A DNA stretch of 64,000 nt from positions 267,530,001 to 267,594,000 of the forward strand of contig OZ024740.1 in the NCBI GenBank assembly GCA_964016885.1, read 5' to 3'. Positions 44,513 to 58,420 of the stretch are shown here, piece by piece. Source of the DNA: Eledone cirrhosa. Lineage: Eukaryota. The translations under genes were made by a program, and so were the position numbers. The notes under the pieces were generated by a model that saw only the letters and a program-made list of their open reading frames with translations, searched no databases and was not told where the DNA came from. Position 1 is the first letter of the stretch; every line of letters starts with the position of its first letter.

Positions 44513-47500
44513 TGGATCCACAATACCATATATTGTTACTTTAGGGTGTATGATTCTTTCTTCGATTTACACTAAGTTAATTATCTGTAAACTTATAATG
44601 AAATAAGTGCTAACTTGAAGTGGCACACATGATCATTTTAATTAATTAAGACTATATTAACTGGGAGGTAAACAAATATTGGTGAACAATTACTATTACC
44701 AAATTAATATTACCAATTAATATTATCAAACATTGGTGAACAATGCTTAATAATACCAAACAGATGCAAGGTGCCATAATCAAAAACAAACAATACTACT
44801 AGTATTTTATAAAATGGATTGATGTACCAAAGTCTCAATTAATTAAAACTAAAATCAGGCAATGTGGTGAAGAGGAGGAGGAGAACAATTTTATAAAAGG
44901 TAAATAAGGAATGCTATTAAAAGGCCCAGATTAGAACTACTAGGAATTAGATGATAGATGTAAAGCTAGAGTTTAAAAAAAAGATAATAAAAACAAACAA
45001 TTGAATACTAATTTTTTTGTCTACTAGAAATCAATCACTCTAAGCAAGAGCCACAGGCTATTACTTTAGAATGGGTTAGATGACAGGGAGGGGTGGTATT
45101 AATTCCACAAAATCTCTCTATATATATGCAAATTTTAGAAACCTATAAAAGATGATGATAAAATAACTGATAAAAAATGTTAATGATATACAATGAGATG
45201 ATAATAAAAAGACAAAAAATAGATGACGATAAAGGAGCTAATAAATTAAAATAAAGTAAGAGGGTAATAACAGAACCAATAAAAAGATTAAAATAAAGGA
45301 AACAAACATAAAAAAGAATAGATATTAATATAGTGTTTATGCTGTAAATGGGATTCCAATACAAGTTAAACCAGTTTTTTATGTTTGATGGTACTTTTTG
45401 GATTTTTGGTAAATGCATCTAACATAATTCTCTAATCTGGGATGCCACATGCTGTGATATGTTCTCTGCCTCCTCACCTGTAATGTGGAGGAGAGAGAGA
45501 GATAGCTGTATACTGGGACTTGACCAAATGATTCCTTTTCATGCCAGTCACCATTGAGGTTGCATATATCCTCAGTTCCTCAATTGCCGTTTTCTTCTGC
45601 AAAATCAAGAGGAGTGTATCCTGCCTGAGACATCCTACCACATGATATAGAGTCACTGATGCAACAGGTGCTATTGGCTGTTCTCCATGATATTGCCTTC
45701 ACCCTTTTGTCTATGGGACACAGCTGAAACATACCACCTAGACTAGGGTGTAGAGACTGCTGCTTCTTTCCTCCTCTCCCTTACTATCACTATTTAGAAT
45801 AAAATAGTATAGTTAATACAAGGGATTTTGAGATATGTAAAAAAGCATCCAATGCAGTAGAAATATATAAAGAGGGAAAAACCCCTGAAATATCATGTTG
45901 AAAAGAGGGTTGTAGCCCTGGAATATGTTGAAATATACTGGGTAAAACATTACTTTGTTTTGCTTTATTTATCACTCTTTGCCTTTTATATATTTATACT
46001 GCATTGTACCAGCTTTCTGAAACTTATCAGTCTTTATCACTATTTAATTTTTCCTTTCTATTGTATTATTTTATTTATTTTCATTTCCATGAATAAAATT
46101 ACACATCTTTCTAGATTTAAAAAAAAAAAAAAGAGGGGGTTTAGCTGAAAACAGCAAATATTCCCCCCAGAATCAGATTAGTTGTATTTAGAGACCCATC
46201 TCTTTATATATTATATCTCTCAACAGGAACTTGGGGTTAGTTTCATTTTCTAAAAGTGCAACACAAAAATTATTGGACAGAGTATTAGATATATTGCTTT
46301 CTTATTCTTGAGTTGCTGAAACATTCATAGGCTGACTATGAAGGAGTGATGCTAGAGCTGTGAAATCTTGCATGCATTAATTTCATGCATTAATTATTTC
46401 ATTACTAAGATAGTAACCTGATGTAAAGTTCTTATATTAAATTATGTTGGAAGATTTTTATTTAAATTGAAAACCTTTAAAATGGGTGGTTTTATTTCAT
46501 AGAACCAGAGCCAGTTTTGGCAGGGTTGTTAAAATAAAGGTTAAAGAAAATGGACAATATTAATAATGTAGTCTTTATAAAGAAAATATAGGATAGCCAT
46601 GGCCGAAAATACTTTAATCATAGGTTTGTGCAATATCAGGGCTAAACAACAAAAATAATCAAAGATACCAATGAGTTAGTATCAAAGCTCACTTTTCAGT
46701 ATAAGGTATATTTGTAGATAATTCCAAAATAGAAAAATGGTTCTGCCAAATGCATGCAACACAGAACAGTGCATATATTCAAAGAGAGATTGAGTAAATA
46801 ATTAATGAAACTGGATATTGACTAATTATAATAAATATTAAGTAATAATGATAATGATTAATGATGTTGGAAGACATAATTATATGTTAGATACATACAT
46901 ATGTATGTACATACATACTACATACAATCATACACTAACAACATTCTGTAGTACAAGAAAACAGTCAGAAATTGAACTATCCCTTTGATTCTTTGAGTAT
47001 AACAAAATATATTTTTAAACTCGTAGACTTAATTAAATTCAGTGCACAGGATTGATTCAAATTTTTTCTGCAGCTTCATATGTACACATTTCAATGATTT
47101 ATTAAGAAATAGAAATATGAATGAAAATAGAATAATTGACCATGCCTAAGGACAGAGAACAGTGTTGCATTGTTAGATCAATTTTTCAACACTTTAGTTT
47201 CTTCCATCACCATGTACAGCACTCTTCTTCTAAGTGGCTGAACACAAAACCAATTATAAATGGTGGTAAACATGAAACTATAGTATTGTTCAATATGCCA
47301 AATTATTTTTACCACAGGAACAAAGAATTGGGATCTTACAGCCTGAGGAAGTAAATATGAGGATAAAACAATACAACAAATTTATCTTAGGTAAATAGAG
47401 TTAAGTGTCTTGTCCAAATATATATTGTAATGATGTAAAGCTTGAGGTGAGATATGAACTTATAATCGACCATATTACTCTATTTGGTGTGTCTAAGGAA

Positions 47501-48248
47501 AATAGTTCAAATTTCTATTATTTATTATCTAAAAGCAAGAAATCACAGAAATTATCATACACATTCAGGTTTTCCCTGCTTTGATATAATTTTATTTTTG
47601 AATTTTTATTTTCAATTTTGATTTCAATGGTTTTTCACATAAACATAATTAGTTAAGATAAATTTAATGTAGAAATAATTATAGTTTATTAATTATAAGC
47701 CTTCTCTGAAAACCTGAAAAAATATTATTAAGAATGGCCTCACTAATCTGATTAGCACATTCTCAATAATGAACTACTTCATTCCATCCTTAAAGAACTT
47801 TTTTTATTTTAAGCACCTTTTTTTATATTTTAAATTTATACACGGCTAGTGATAAATGATAAAAAAAAAGGTCAACTTTTCACAGTGAGACCTATAACTT
47901 AAAAACTTTAGTCATGCTTAAATTAAATTCATCTTAAACAATTACTGTATGAAAGAGTTAATTAGAAACACACAGAAACTGTTTAATTTTACTTTATGTC
48001 ATTATTTATTTCTTAATATCAAAATTTTTGTTGCACTGTCTGTAACCTGGTTACTTGAACTGTGTCAGGAAAGAGGTTGTAGACAGAAATTTTGACACCA
48101 AGATATAAATGGTATATATAAAGTAAATTTAACAGATTTAATGTGTTTCTGAATGGCTAAAATGTCTCTTCCATGTAGAAGTTGTTTTAGTCTCAACACA
48201 CAATCTCAGATCAAGTCAAGTGCCAGACAAGTATAACTTTAAAATTTA

Positions 48249-48436
48249 CCATATATACTTGAATATAAGCTGAAGAAACTGTGACACCAAAATAAAAATC
48301 GATGGTAAAATGGGAAGTTGGGTTATACATGCCATCTAAACAATGTGTTGATTAACTGCCTCAGACATAAAATGGGTGCGTGTGTGTGTGTAGGGGGGGG
48401 GGGGGGGGGGGGCAACTTATATTCGAGTATATACAG
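48249..48436. mobile_element. Tc2/pogo-like MITE
   Basis: TA|CCATATATACTTGAATATAAG ... CTTATATTCGAGTATATACAG|TA. Confidence 0.78.
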
Positions 48437-50389
48437 TATCTTAAATTTTCGAGTATATGCTGTTATGCATAAATATTCAATATATAATTAGTCTAGTCAT
48501 TTCTTCTGATCTTATAAAAAAGAAATGGAAAAAAGGAAAACATGTCTTTTAAGGCCTGATAAACCTTTTAAAGAGACATTAGGAAGAGTATCTAGCCATA
48601 GAAATCATACGAAATATTGAATTTACGAGGAAGATGGGTCAATCCAATCTGTCTGGTCATGGATTGTGACAAACTATCCAACCCATGCTAGTGTGTAAAG
48701 TGGTCATAAAATGATGATGATGAGGAAGATGATGAAAATGAGTTCATATTTAACATCATGGTACTGCATGAAAACATATTAGCAAATCATTCTTGAGAAG
48801 TATATCTACATGAATTGGAGCAGGTAGAATTAAGAGCATAATCTAAAATATAGAACAAAATGCATGTGATGGACTTGGAATGAAATATCTCTTAGTTGAT
48901 AATTCAAAGCTATATCCATTTTTTAAAAATTCCTTTACCAGTGTCAGTCTTAGACTATTGCTATGCATGAATTATGTCTAATTTGAGTAGAAATGAGCAT
49001 AACACATTCTTCCTTATAAGTGAACTGTCTTGATGTTTAGCTTAACTTTCACCATAGAATGCCATGATAAAATACACCTAGTACATTCTGTTAAATTGCT
49101 GACATTAGGAAGGGCCTCTAACAAGAGAAACCATGCCAAAACTGGAATATATGTAAACAAGACATGTCCCTCCACCCCTTACATGTCTGGAATGACAGTA
49201 GCTCTGATTAAGTATTAACTTGGTTTGTGACAATCCATCCAACCCAGGCCAGAATAGAAAAATGGAAATAATGTTCATAATGAGTTATGTAGTCAAGTGA
49301 CATTTTTTTCTTGGACAAGAACACCAAGTTATTTGAACCTGTTACAGTGAGTTTCTTTTCATAGAGTTACAGTTTATAGTTTGGTGAATTGGGTCATTTA
49401 GATTCATGTGTCTCTGATCGAAATAAGTGAAGTGTTGTGATTCAAAAACCACAAATATCTTAGTCAGCCAGCTGACATCCTAAAACTTGGTCAGCAGTAG
49501 CAGTAGAGGATACAGCAGCTTTCAATAAATACAATAAATGCAAGTACATATATCCATTAGCTTATTTCAAACCAAATAATACCCTGATCAATAAACATAC
49601 TAAATTTAAACTCTAAACTATTCATCACAAACAGCTAAAATAGAAATTGTCTTTGTTCTGGTTTTTGCTTTTTAAAAATCAAAGATAGTGAGTGACTAAC
49701 ATTGGGAAGTTGCTTTATTTCAAGCTGACAGCTAACGTAGTGCTATATGGTTTGATATAAAATACAATCTTCAACAGATCTAATGAATTCCTTTTCTAAT
49801 GTCAAACTAAATCCTTTCTGTCTATATATTCACCAATGATTATTTTACAGCTACTTCACTGGGTTAGCTGAGTCCTGATGGATCTACTCTTTTTTTCTCT
49901 TCTACCCAATAGCTCTGCTCTATTTAATCATATACTTAATTAAGAATTGCATCAGACCTAATGTAATTAATTTCAAAACAAAGTCTTTGATGTATAGTCA
50001 AAAATAATTTAAGGAAAAAACTGTGAGCAACACCTTTCTCTGCATCTTTTTATGACTAGCTAATGATATTAATGCATTTCTATTTTAGTAGATGTAACTC
50101 AAAAGTTAATATTTTCTGAGCTAATCATAGAGAATAAATGTAGGATACCACATCACCAACTTTACTTTCAGCCTATTACTGGTATTTATTTCATTCACCA
50201 GACTCAAATGGAAGTCACAAGATTTTAAAACACAGAACTTCTGGGCATAAAAGAACCCTACAGTTCTTCACTATCATCATATTCCTACAACTGATGCAGC
50301 TAGTAATTGAGGTGCCACTACAGATGCTACTACAGTCAGTCATTGCCACTGGTCTCTATTATCTGTCATGCATTGAAGGATCTTGGTGT

Positions 50390-50560
50390 TTTCAACAATC
50401 CAGTCTTTGATGATATCAGATCAGGATTTTCTTTGACTACATCTTCTTCATCCTCCCTTGACTACTCTGAAGGAAAGTTTTAGACAAGGAGTTATGGCAA
50501 GTTTCCATTTTTTCACCATCACAAGGAGAGTTTCTTGTCTGCCAGCTTATTTGTTAACTT
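50390..50560 (-). mobile_element. Ancient RTE/BovB-like LINE C-terminal remnant
   Basis: Minus strand reads HNSLSKTFLQ..VKGG*RRCSQRKS*SDIIKDW, a decayed form of the RTE motif SKTILQG.VEG.RRRGRQRK.W.DNIKEW. Confidence 0.55.
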
Positions 50561-52008
50561 GCTGATCTTACTTCTACCTAAAATTCCAAACTTTGGTTTC
50601 TTTAAAATATATAGGTAGAAGGACAAACACTGATGGGATAAGGTTTGTATAACTGCTCAATGACTGTGAACTCAAATTAATTGCTGGTATTTCCCTTGTC
50701 TTCCTGGACAGACAACTTTAGTTTTTAGTGACTCTTAGATGATGGGGTAGCAAATTAACTAAGAAATTTTATTTGCATTAGACCAGCATTTTACCCAGAG
50801 GGAGATTTATCTCTGATCCACTTCAAAACAGAAACTTGAGCTAAACACCAGCTTTTAAAAACCCAGGAGACTTTTATTTACCTTTTACAACATATATATG
50901 TATAGTGAAAAGTAAATATATACATATCATCATCATTTTTATCCATTTGTCCGTTTTTCCACACTTGCATATATAACCAATCTCACAGACATTTACAAAG
51001 CACTAAGGGGATAAAGTTAATATAAAAAGAGGTGTGGTCATGCCAGAGTTGGAGATCAAATGCTATAAAATACCTTATAAAATAGGGGGAAGACTCTTAA
51101 AGATGGAAAATGAAATAACCATCAGCTGCTACAAGGAAATATATATATATATTTGCTGGACTGGCAATCGCTCTGTTTAATCAGCTCTTAAATATTGCTA
51201 GAATTCCATAAGAATTCAACTTCTATAATTTTCAGCAAAGGCAGGGGAAAGTGTGGTCTTGATAAATGCCAACAAGCAAGAAACAGACTGTTGATCTCTC
51301 TCCCTTTGTTTTTGCTGAGAATAAGTAAGTAACCCAGTCACTACTTTAAAACTCATGGTGAATGGTCTTCAAAATGTTTTTAATTAAACATACAGTATAT
51401 TGCCAAATATACTATACATACATTCATGCATACATCGATATTAAAGAGCACCAATACTTTATATATATATATATATATATATTTCTCCATTTCAGTTGTA
51501 GTTTTCTACTGAAAAGAGGATAAGAGATGCATATTGTTACCAAAATTCTAATTATATGTAACCCGATATTGGAAAACCTCAAAGTAAGATTGTGTGAATC
51601 AAACTACGCTTCTCTGATAAAGTAAACCATATTTTAACTATATTTGGCATTCAACAACATCTACAGCCATTTCACTCTTAATATCCTCTAATGATTTAGC
51701 AGAAAATATTTAAAATAGGGTTTGTTAATTCAAATATTTATAGTGTCTTTACTTCATTTTGAAGATTTGCAATGTTAGAGTAAAAATTTAGATTTTTCAT
51801 ATGATGCAATCATGGTGTTGTTTTGTGCTTTCCAAGAATGTTTGGTTAATATAGTTTCAGGTAGCACATGATGTTAAGAGTAAAATAACTGGAATGGTTC
51901 GAGGTACTAATAACATGAGTAACTAACCATCTAGCATACCAAGAGTTTAAAGGGGTGCTGAAAAAAGACAAGACCATTATTTATAATTTCCATTTATTAT
52001 CTTAGTAA

Positions 52009-52438
52009 AGGGTAGTGGATTGGCAGTATCAATAGAGCATCGAACAACATTCTCTGCAGTATATAGTTACAACCCTTTACATTCTGAGTTCAAATCATGC
52101 CAAAGTTAGCTTTGCCTTTTATCCTTGCGGGGTCAATAAAATAAAATACTAGTAACGTACTGGAGTTGATTTAATTGATTTTCCCCTCACTCCAAATTTG
52201 TTGGCCTTGTACCTAAATCAGAAACCATTATTTTAGTCATAGTCAGGGTGGTGGATTGGCAGTATCGGTAGAGGGTCGGACGCCATGCTTTCCAGCATAG
52301 TTACGTCCCTTTACGGACTGAGTTCAAACCCCGCCAAGGTTTACTTTGTCTTTCATCCTTACGGGGTCGATAAAAAATAAAGTACCAGTAATGCACTGGG
52401 TAATTGCTGGCCTTGTGCCTAAAGTAGAAACAATTATT
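52009..52438 (+). mobile_element. Two SINE family B copies in tandem (52009-52230, 52245-52438)
   Basis: A/B boxes and core in each; TSD ATTATTTTAGTCATA at 52227-52241 and 52433-52447. Confidence 0.88.
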
Positions 52439-52796
52439 TTAGTCATATATTCTTTCCAGCATCTGTATTTCTTAATGGAATAGACGTAAGGGACAAACTA
52501 GTGCACAGCATGGGGAATGAAATCATTCGGCAAGGATTGGTAAAAGTGAGGGGATATATTGAGACAGTTAAGTGAAGAGTCATCATAATAGTAGTGCTGG
52601 TGGAATGAAGATGAGGAGTAGTAATGGAGATTCTTGACAATTTTATACTATATTGGTACCTAGAGATCAACTTAATTGAGGCATTATTATCTCAAAGGTA
52701 AACACTTTTACTGCTGTATGATTAATGGTTTCAAGTCCCTTTCCCCACATATAAATACTCACACAAATATACACATATACATGTTTGTGTGTGTGT

Positions 52797-52844
<48 letters not shown>

Positions 52845-52930
52845 AAAAGAATGAAACAAAATTTCATTTGTCACTCTTAGTACAGCTGATACCTAAATAT
52901 AAGTATGTATACGTACATACATATATGTGT

Positions 52931-52968
<38 letters not shown>

Positions 52969-53002
52969 GTATGTATATGTATATATATATATATATGTGT
53001 GT

Positions 53003-55005
53003 TCCGAAGGACTGGCGTAGCAGCATCATCGTTAACTGTTACAAGGGTAAAGGAGACGCCCTAGATAGGAGTAACTATAGAGGCATTAAATTAATCGACC
53101 AGGTCATGAAGGTCACGGAAAAAGTAATAGCGCAACTAATCAGAGAGAGAATTGATCTAGATGAAATGCAGTTCGGGTTTGTGTCAGGAAAAAGTACCAC
53201 AGATGCTCTTTTCATTGTACGACAACTACAGGAGAAGTACCTAGCTAAAAGTAAACCCCTATACTTAGCTTTTGTCGACTTGGAGAAAGCCTTCGACAGA
53301 GTCCCCCGTTCTATTATCTGGTGGGCTCTTAGAAAACTAGGTGTTGACGAATGGCTTGTGAGAGCCATACAAGCCATGTATAAAGAAACAGTCAGCAAGG
53401 TTAGAATTAACAACGAATATAGTGAAGAGTTTAGCGTAAAAGTTGGTGTCCATCAGGGCTCTGTTCTAATAGTAGCCCCTACTATTTATTATTGCCCTTC
53501 AGGCTATAACAGAGGAGTTCAAGACCGGCTGCCCATGGGAACTCCTATACGCAGATGATCTAACGCTCATAGCTGAATCAATGGCCGAGCTAGAGAAGAA
53601 ATTCCAAACATGGAAGCACGGCCTAGAATCAAAAGGCCTTAAAATTAACCTGGCTAAGACTAAAGTTCTAGTTTGTAGGAAAGAAAATAAGGCGCCGGTC
53701 CCCTCTGGGAAATGGCCATGCTCAGTGTGTAGGAAAGGCGTAGGTAGAAACTCCATTTTATGAAATGCAAAGTATGGGTGCATAAAAGATGTAGTGGGAT
53801 CACAGGTAAGCTAACTAAGAACACAGATTTTACATGTGGCCGGTGCTCTGGTGCAATAAGTAGCAGCAAGTGCCCACAAAATACTAACTCTTTCAATTGC
53901 GCAGAGGGTTCTATAGAAATAGTGGACAGCTTCCGTTACCTGGGTGACAAAATCAGCAGTGGGGGAGGGTGCTCTGAAAGTACAGTAGCTAGAGTCAGAA
54001 CTGGATGGAAAAAGTTCAGAGAGCTTATACCACTATTAGCCGCTAAAGGGTTCTCCCTAAACATGAAAGGCAGGCTGTATGATGCCTGCATACGAACAGC
54101 AATGTTGCATGGCAGTGAGACCTGGGCATTGTGTGCAGAGGATATACGCAGACTAGAGAGGAACGAAGCTTGCATGCTCCGCTGGATGTGTAATAGTAAT
54201 ATACGTGAACGGCAAAGCATAAACGAACTAAGGAAAAAATTAGAAATAAGAGGGATCAGATGTTGTTTACTCGAGAGAAGGCTACGTTGGTATGGTCACG
54301 TGATGCGCATGAAAGACGGCAGCTGTATAACAAAGTGCAGGGCAATAAAGATAGATGGTAGCCACGGAGTAGGCAGACCCAGGAAAACCTGGGACGAGCT
54401 GATAAATTCCGACCTCACACACTTACACCTCTCCAAGACAATGTCACTGGACCGAGACCTTTGGCGGTACTCAGTAACAGAGAAGACCCGCCTTACCTAA
54501 ATACAAAGTAAAACCTACTAGTCAGTAGGCATCTCTAACAAAATACACCCCCGTCCCACCCCATCCACACCGCCCCTTTCAAGGCAAAGTTATGTTGGTG
54601 CCACAAAATCCAGGCCGAAACAAACCCGAAACAAACGAGATCGTGTAGGTGTCACGACAAAAAAACACACAGTCCACGCTGTAATGTGACCGTGTAGGCA
54701 ACACGGTAAAAACCTCCCAGTCCCACGCTGTAAATGTGGTTGGTGATAGGAAGGGCATCCAGCTGTAGAAAACACGCCAGACAGTCCACGCTGTAATGTG
54801 GCCGTGTAGGCGACACGGTAAAAACCTCCCAGCCCCACACTGTAAATGTGGTTGGTGTTAGGAAGGGCATCCAGCTGTAGAAAACCCGCCAGACAGTCCT
54901 ATGCAAGCAAGACAACCACTCTTGCCTCAAGTGGGAAACCCCCGTCCAAACCCATGCAAGCGTGGAACAGGGACGTTAAACGATGATGATGATGATGATG
55001 ATGAT
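53003..55005 (+). mobile_element. RTE-clade LINE, 5'-truncated (~2 kb), two frameshifts
   Basis: PKDWRSSIIVNCYKGKGD...NYRGIKL...QFGF...YADD...; net +4 at about 53468 and -4 at about 53762 versus the 22815 copy; duplicated UTR unit; (GAT)n tail. Confidence 0.95.
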
Positions 55006-55202
55006 ATATATAAGCACACATGCACATAATAGATGGTCGTTTTACACTGGAGTGAATTGCAGTTAAATGAAATAAGTACTCAATTTTATTATGTTGAATG
55101 GAATGAAGGAATATTTATTCAAAGCTTAGGTGGCATGTGTTGCTATTTAGAGTTTCTTGTTCTTTATATATATAAATGTGTGTGTATATATATGTATGTA
55201 TG

Positions 55203-55233
<31 letters not shown>

Positions 55234-55426
55234 TCACGTATATATATATACACGTATATATATATATATATACACGTATATATATATACACGTATATATA
55301 TATATATGTACGTATATATATATATATAACGGTTCTTATATATTTGATATATATTTATCCTTATCGAGCCCTCTTTGGATTTTAGTCTTCAAATTTATTA
55401 TTATTACTATTATTATTATTATTATT

Positions 55427-55608
55427 GGATTGGCAGTATCGGTAGAGAGTCGGACGCCATGCTTTCCAGCATAGTTACGTCCCTTTACGATCTGAGTTCA
55501 AATCCCGCCGAGGTTGACTTTGCCTTTCATCCTTACGGGGTCGATAAAATAAAGTACCAGTAATGCTGGCCTTGTGCCTAAAGTAGAAACAATTATTATT
55601 ATTATTAT

Positions 55609-55610
<2 letters not shown>
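55427..55610 (+). mobile_element. SINE family B within an (ATT)n tract
   Basis: Full head, core and tail; (ATT)n on both sides. Confidence 0.88.
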
Positions 55611-55662
<52 letters not shown>

Positions 55663-55681
55663 CTATATATATCTATCTATC

Positions 55682-55712
<31 letters not shown>

Positions 55713-55721
55713 CTATCTATC

Positions 55722-55766
<45 letters not shown>

Positions 55767-55791
55767 GTATGTTTGCCCTCTGCCCTTTGAC

Positions 55792-56255
55792 AAAACCTGT
55801 CAAAGGGCAAAGGAGCTCTTAAGAGTCAATGGCCATCGAAAATCACCGGGAGAGATGACCCCTTAGCCTTTGTCAAGGCAGAATTCTAGAAGGAAAACTC
55901 TGATATAACACCTGCAACCCTGATGGTATCCAATGATGTTGACTTGTTATTCTTTTTGGTAAATATCATCTTGGTTAAGAGAGTGGGACTGGCTTTGTGC
56001 AGTGCCTTTGCTCACTATAAATGCTTCACGGCACAGGCATTGCTTTATATCTGGAGATCTCTCTGCACTTGTCGTTACATGGTGCCAAGGGCCCAGCACT
56101 ATGTGTCAATAATTGTCACAGGTGTAGTGTTTGTACCAGAGTTTTCAAGTCGCTGGCTGGACTAAAAAGTCACACTCGTTCAGTGCATCGGTGGGGGTTC
56201 TCCTACATGGATATAAAGTAGTGGCCGTACTCGAAAACGAGTTGGCAGCCGCCAT
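55792..56255 (+). mobile_element. Non-autonomous RTE-derived element (copy 1, 5'-truncated)
   Basis: Close match to 59365-59809; encodes a C2H2 remnant [22 protein letters not shown] typical of RTE/BovB ORF ends; abuts (TA)n. Confidence 0.7.
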
Positions 56256-57004
56256 ATGTATATATATATATATATTTATATATATGTATATATATATGTA
56301 TGTATATATATATATGTATATATATATGTATATATATATGTATGTATATGTATGTATATATATATATATATGTATATATGTATATATATATATATAGATA
56401 TGTATATATATGTATATATGTATATATATATATATATGTGTATTTTGTAATTTGATAAATAGCTCTGATTACGGAGTTAATTTAATTATTTTAGTTATCT
56501 TGGCTCTTTTGCTCATCGAGCAAAACTTGTTAAGGCAGACACCACACACACACACATATACATATGAATGTGTGTGTATTTCATTATTATATTGTCCCAA
56601 AATTCCCTATGGTCGAGTTAACCACGAGAGTATTAACTGCTTTTTCTAGCAAATACGTTATTCGCTCACTGTCCACCTTACTACCTTTCTGTGACCACTG
56701 TATCATGTGTTTATCTCTCTCTTCGCCTCTCGAGAAATTCTCACTTGCTACGAAAGAAAGAATCCTTTTTTTTTACCACTGTATCACGTGTTAATCTCTT
56801 CCTCCACCTATGAGACTTTCTCACTTGCTATAAATGCGCCATTTTTTCTGAGGGGTCTCTTGATAAGCCATATCAACCTCACAGCAATGATGCACTTTTA
56901 AAGTGCAGAATTCGGTGCACACGGATCGGCAAAACTGAAGTCGGGACTTTGAAGAAAAAAATAGGTATATTTTTGTATTTTATTTCCTCATATTTTGTAA
57001 TTTG

Positions 57005-57051
<47 letters not shown>

Positions 57052-57090
57052 AGAAAATGATGAAGTTTCATTTACATGTACTTAGTTTTT

Positions 57091-57170
57091 TACAGGTGTT
57101 TCACATAGGATTGGCTCAGAATCACGCATAGAAGTTATGGACCTGACCCCATTATGAATCTGCTCATCAG
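57091..57170 (-). ncRNA. Decayed hammerhead core with long helix II
   Basis: CUGAUGA-GCA...UGU-GAAA-CACCUG-UA; internal UCAG/CUGA and CAUA/UAUG pairing; helix I not formed. Confidence 0.4.
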
Positions 57171-57250
57171 ACTGGTGATTTGATGAAAAATGCAGTGTTA
57201 CTTTAGTACCACCACCAGTAATTCACTGAATCACATTCACTGTGTGTGTA

Positions 57251-57302
<52 letters not shown>

Positions 57303-58214
57303 GTAATAATAAATTTTAATGTTATTTTAATAAATATATATATACATATACATATATATATATATAAATGATGTGTATGAAACTAGAATTTTCAAATTTA
57401 CTATGCACCAAGGAATTAATATGATGTAGGAAGCTCAGGCACAGAGAAAAACTGCAATTGAACCCCGGAACTCCATATCTCCCAGGAGATATGGAGTTTG
57501 ATTCTTCATAGTAGCTACTGTAAACATTTTTCCATCTCTAAGGGTCTTTTTACCTAACTTTTATAAGCTATTTTAGATCAAATGACTATAATTTCAGTTA
57601 CTTGCTGTACCTGAGCTTTGTACAACTTATAAATATATATTAGTTTATTACAGTTGAGTCCATAGCATGACATTCTGAAATTTCTTGTGTACTACTGAAA
57701 AGAAACTCTAGAGATTCAGGTCAGCCAACCATAATAAACATTTAATCTCTTCTCCACTATGGTATTGAGGACTCATTTTCGTGCTTGTCAATACTAAATG
57801 TATATATAATATACATGAAATTATTTGCAACAATCATTTCCTTGTTTATAGCACTTTACCCTATTATATACATAATGCATTAGTGGTTGTAGTAACAGTA
57901 GTGGTGTCGCAAATGTTGATGATGGTTGCAGTAATGAGGAAGGCAGTCTTGATTGTGTCAGTGGTGTATGAGATGATGTTATGGGTGAATATAGAAGTAA
58001 ATGCGGCAATGGTGCTGATTGTAATGCATAATAATTGCTGTTGATATTAAGTGATTTCAGCCAAAAACCCATTCAAGCTGACCTTATGGCACTGGACATA
58101 GCTGACTGAACATTTGGCAGTTACCCATAGGTTCAATACAACAAACAGAAAACCTGGTTTCAACTTTGTTTCCAACCTTCATAGATATTGGCATGAATAT
58201 TTTGGAAAATTTAG

Positions 58215-58420
58215 TTGTTCTTCTTTAGCCCCAGGTCAACCTTCATCCAGAATACCAATGATCAATGGAATCCCAACTGCAATCAGCTTGCCTTTATTCT
58301 ATGCACATTGAACCCAGGTCTGCATTATCAAGTGTACCTATTTTTAAGAGAGTAGGGGGTGATTTGATGGGAATTTGGTTGATATTTCTAGCAGGTCAAG
58401 CAACATTATAGCGGATCTCC
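58215..58420 (+). repeat. Old dispersed repeat family (unclassified, probably SINE)
   Basis: Motif GTGATTTGA.GG.A.ATTTGG.TG.TATTTCTAGCAGGTC recurs at about 570-770, 14620-14810, 15070-15290 and 21040-21195 (+), and about 12005-12180 and 58510-58710 (-). Confidence 0.6.

Noticed and set aside
45478-45596. Possible 119-nt minus-strand exon (TTTTGCAG|...CAG|GTGAGG)
   Set aside because: Splice signals are plausible but the peptide is unrecognisable and the boundaries are ambiguous; needs RNA-seq.
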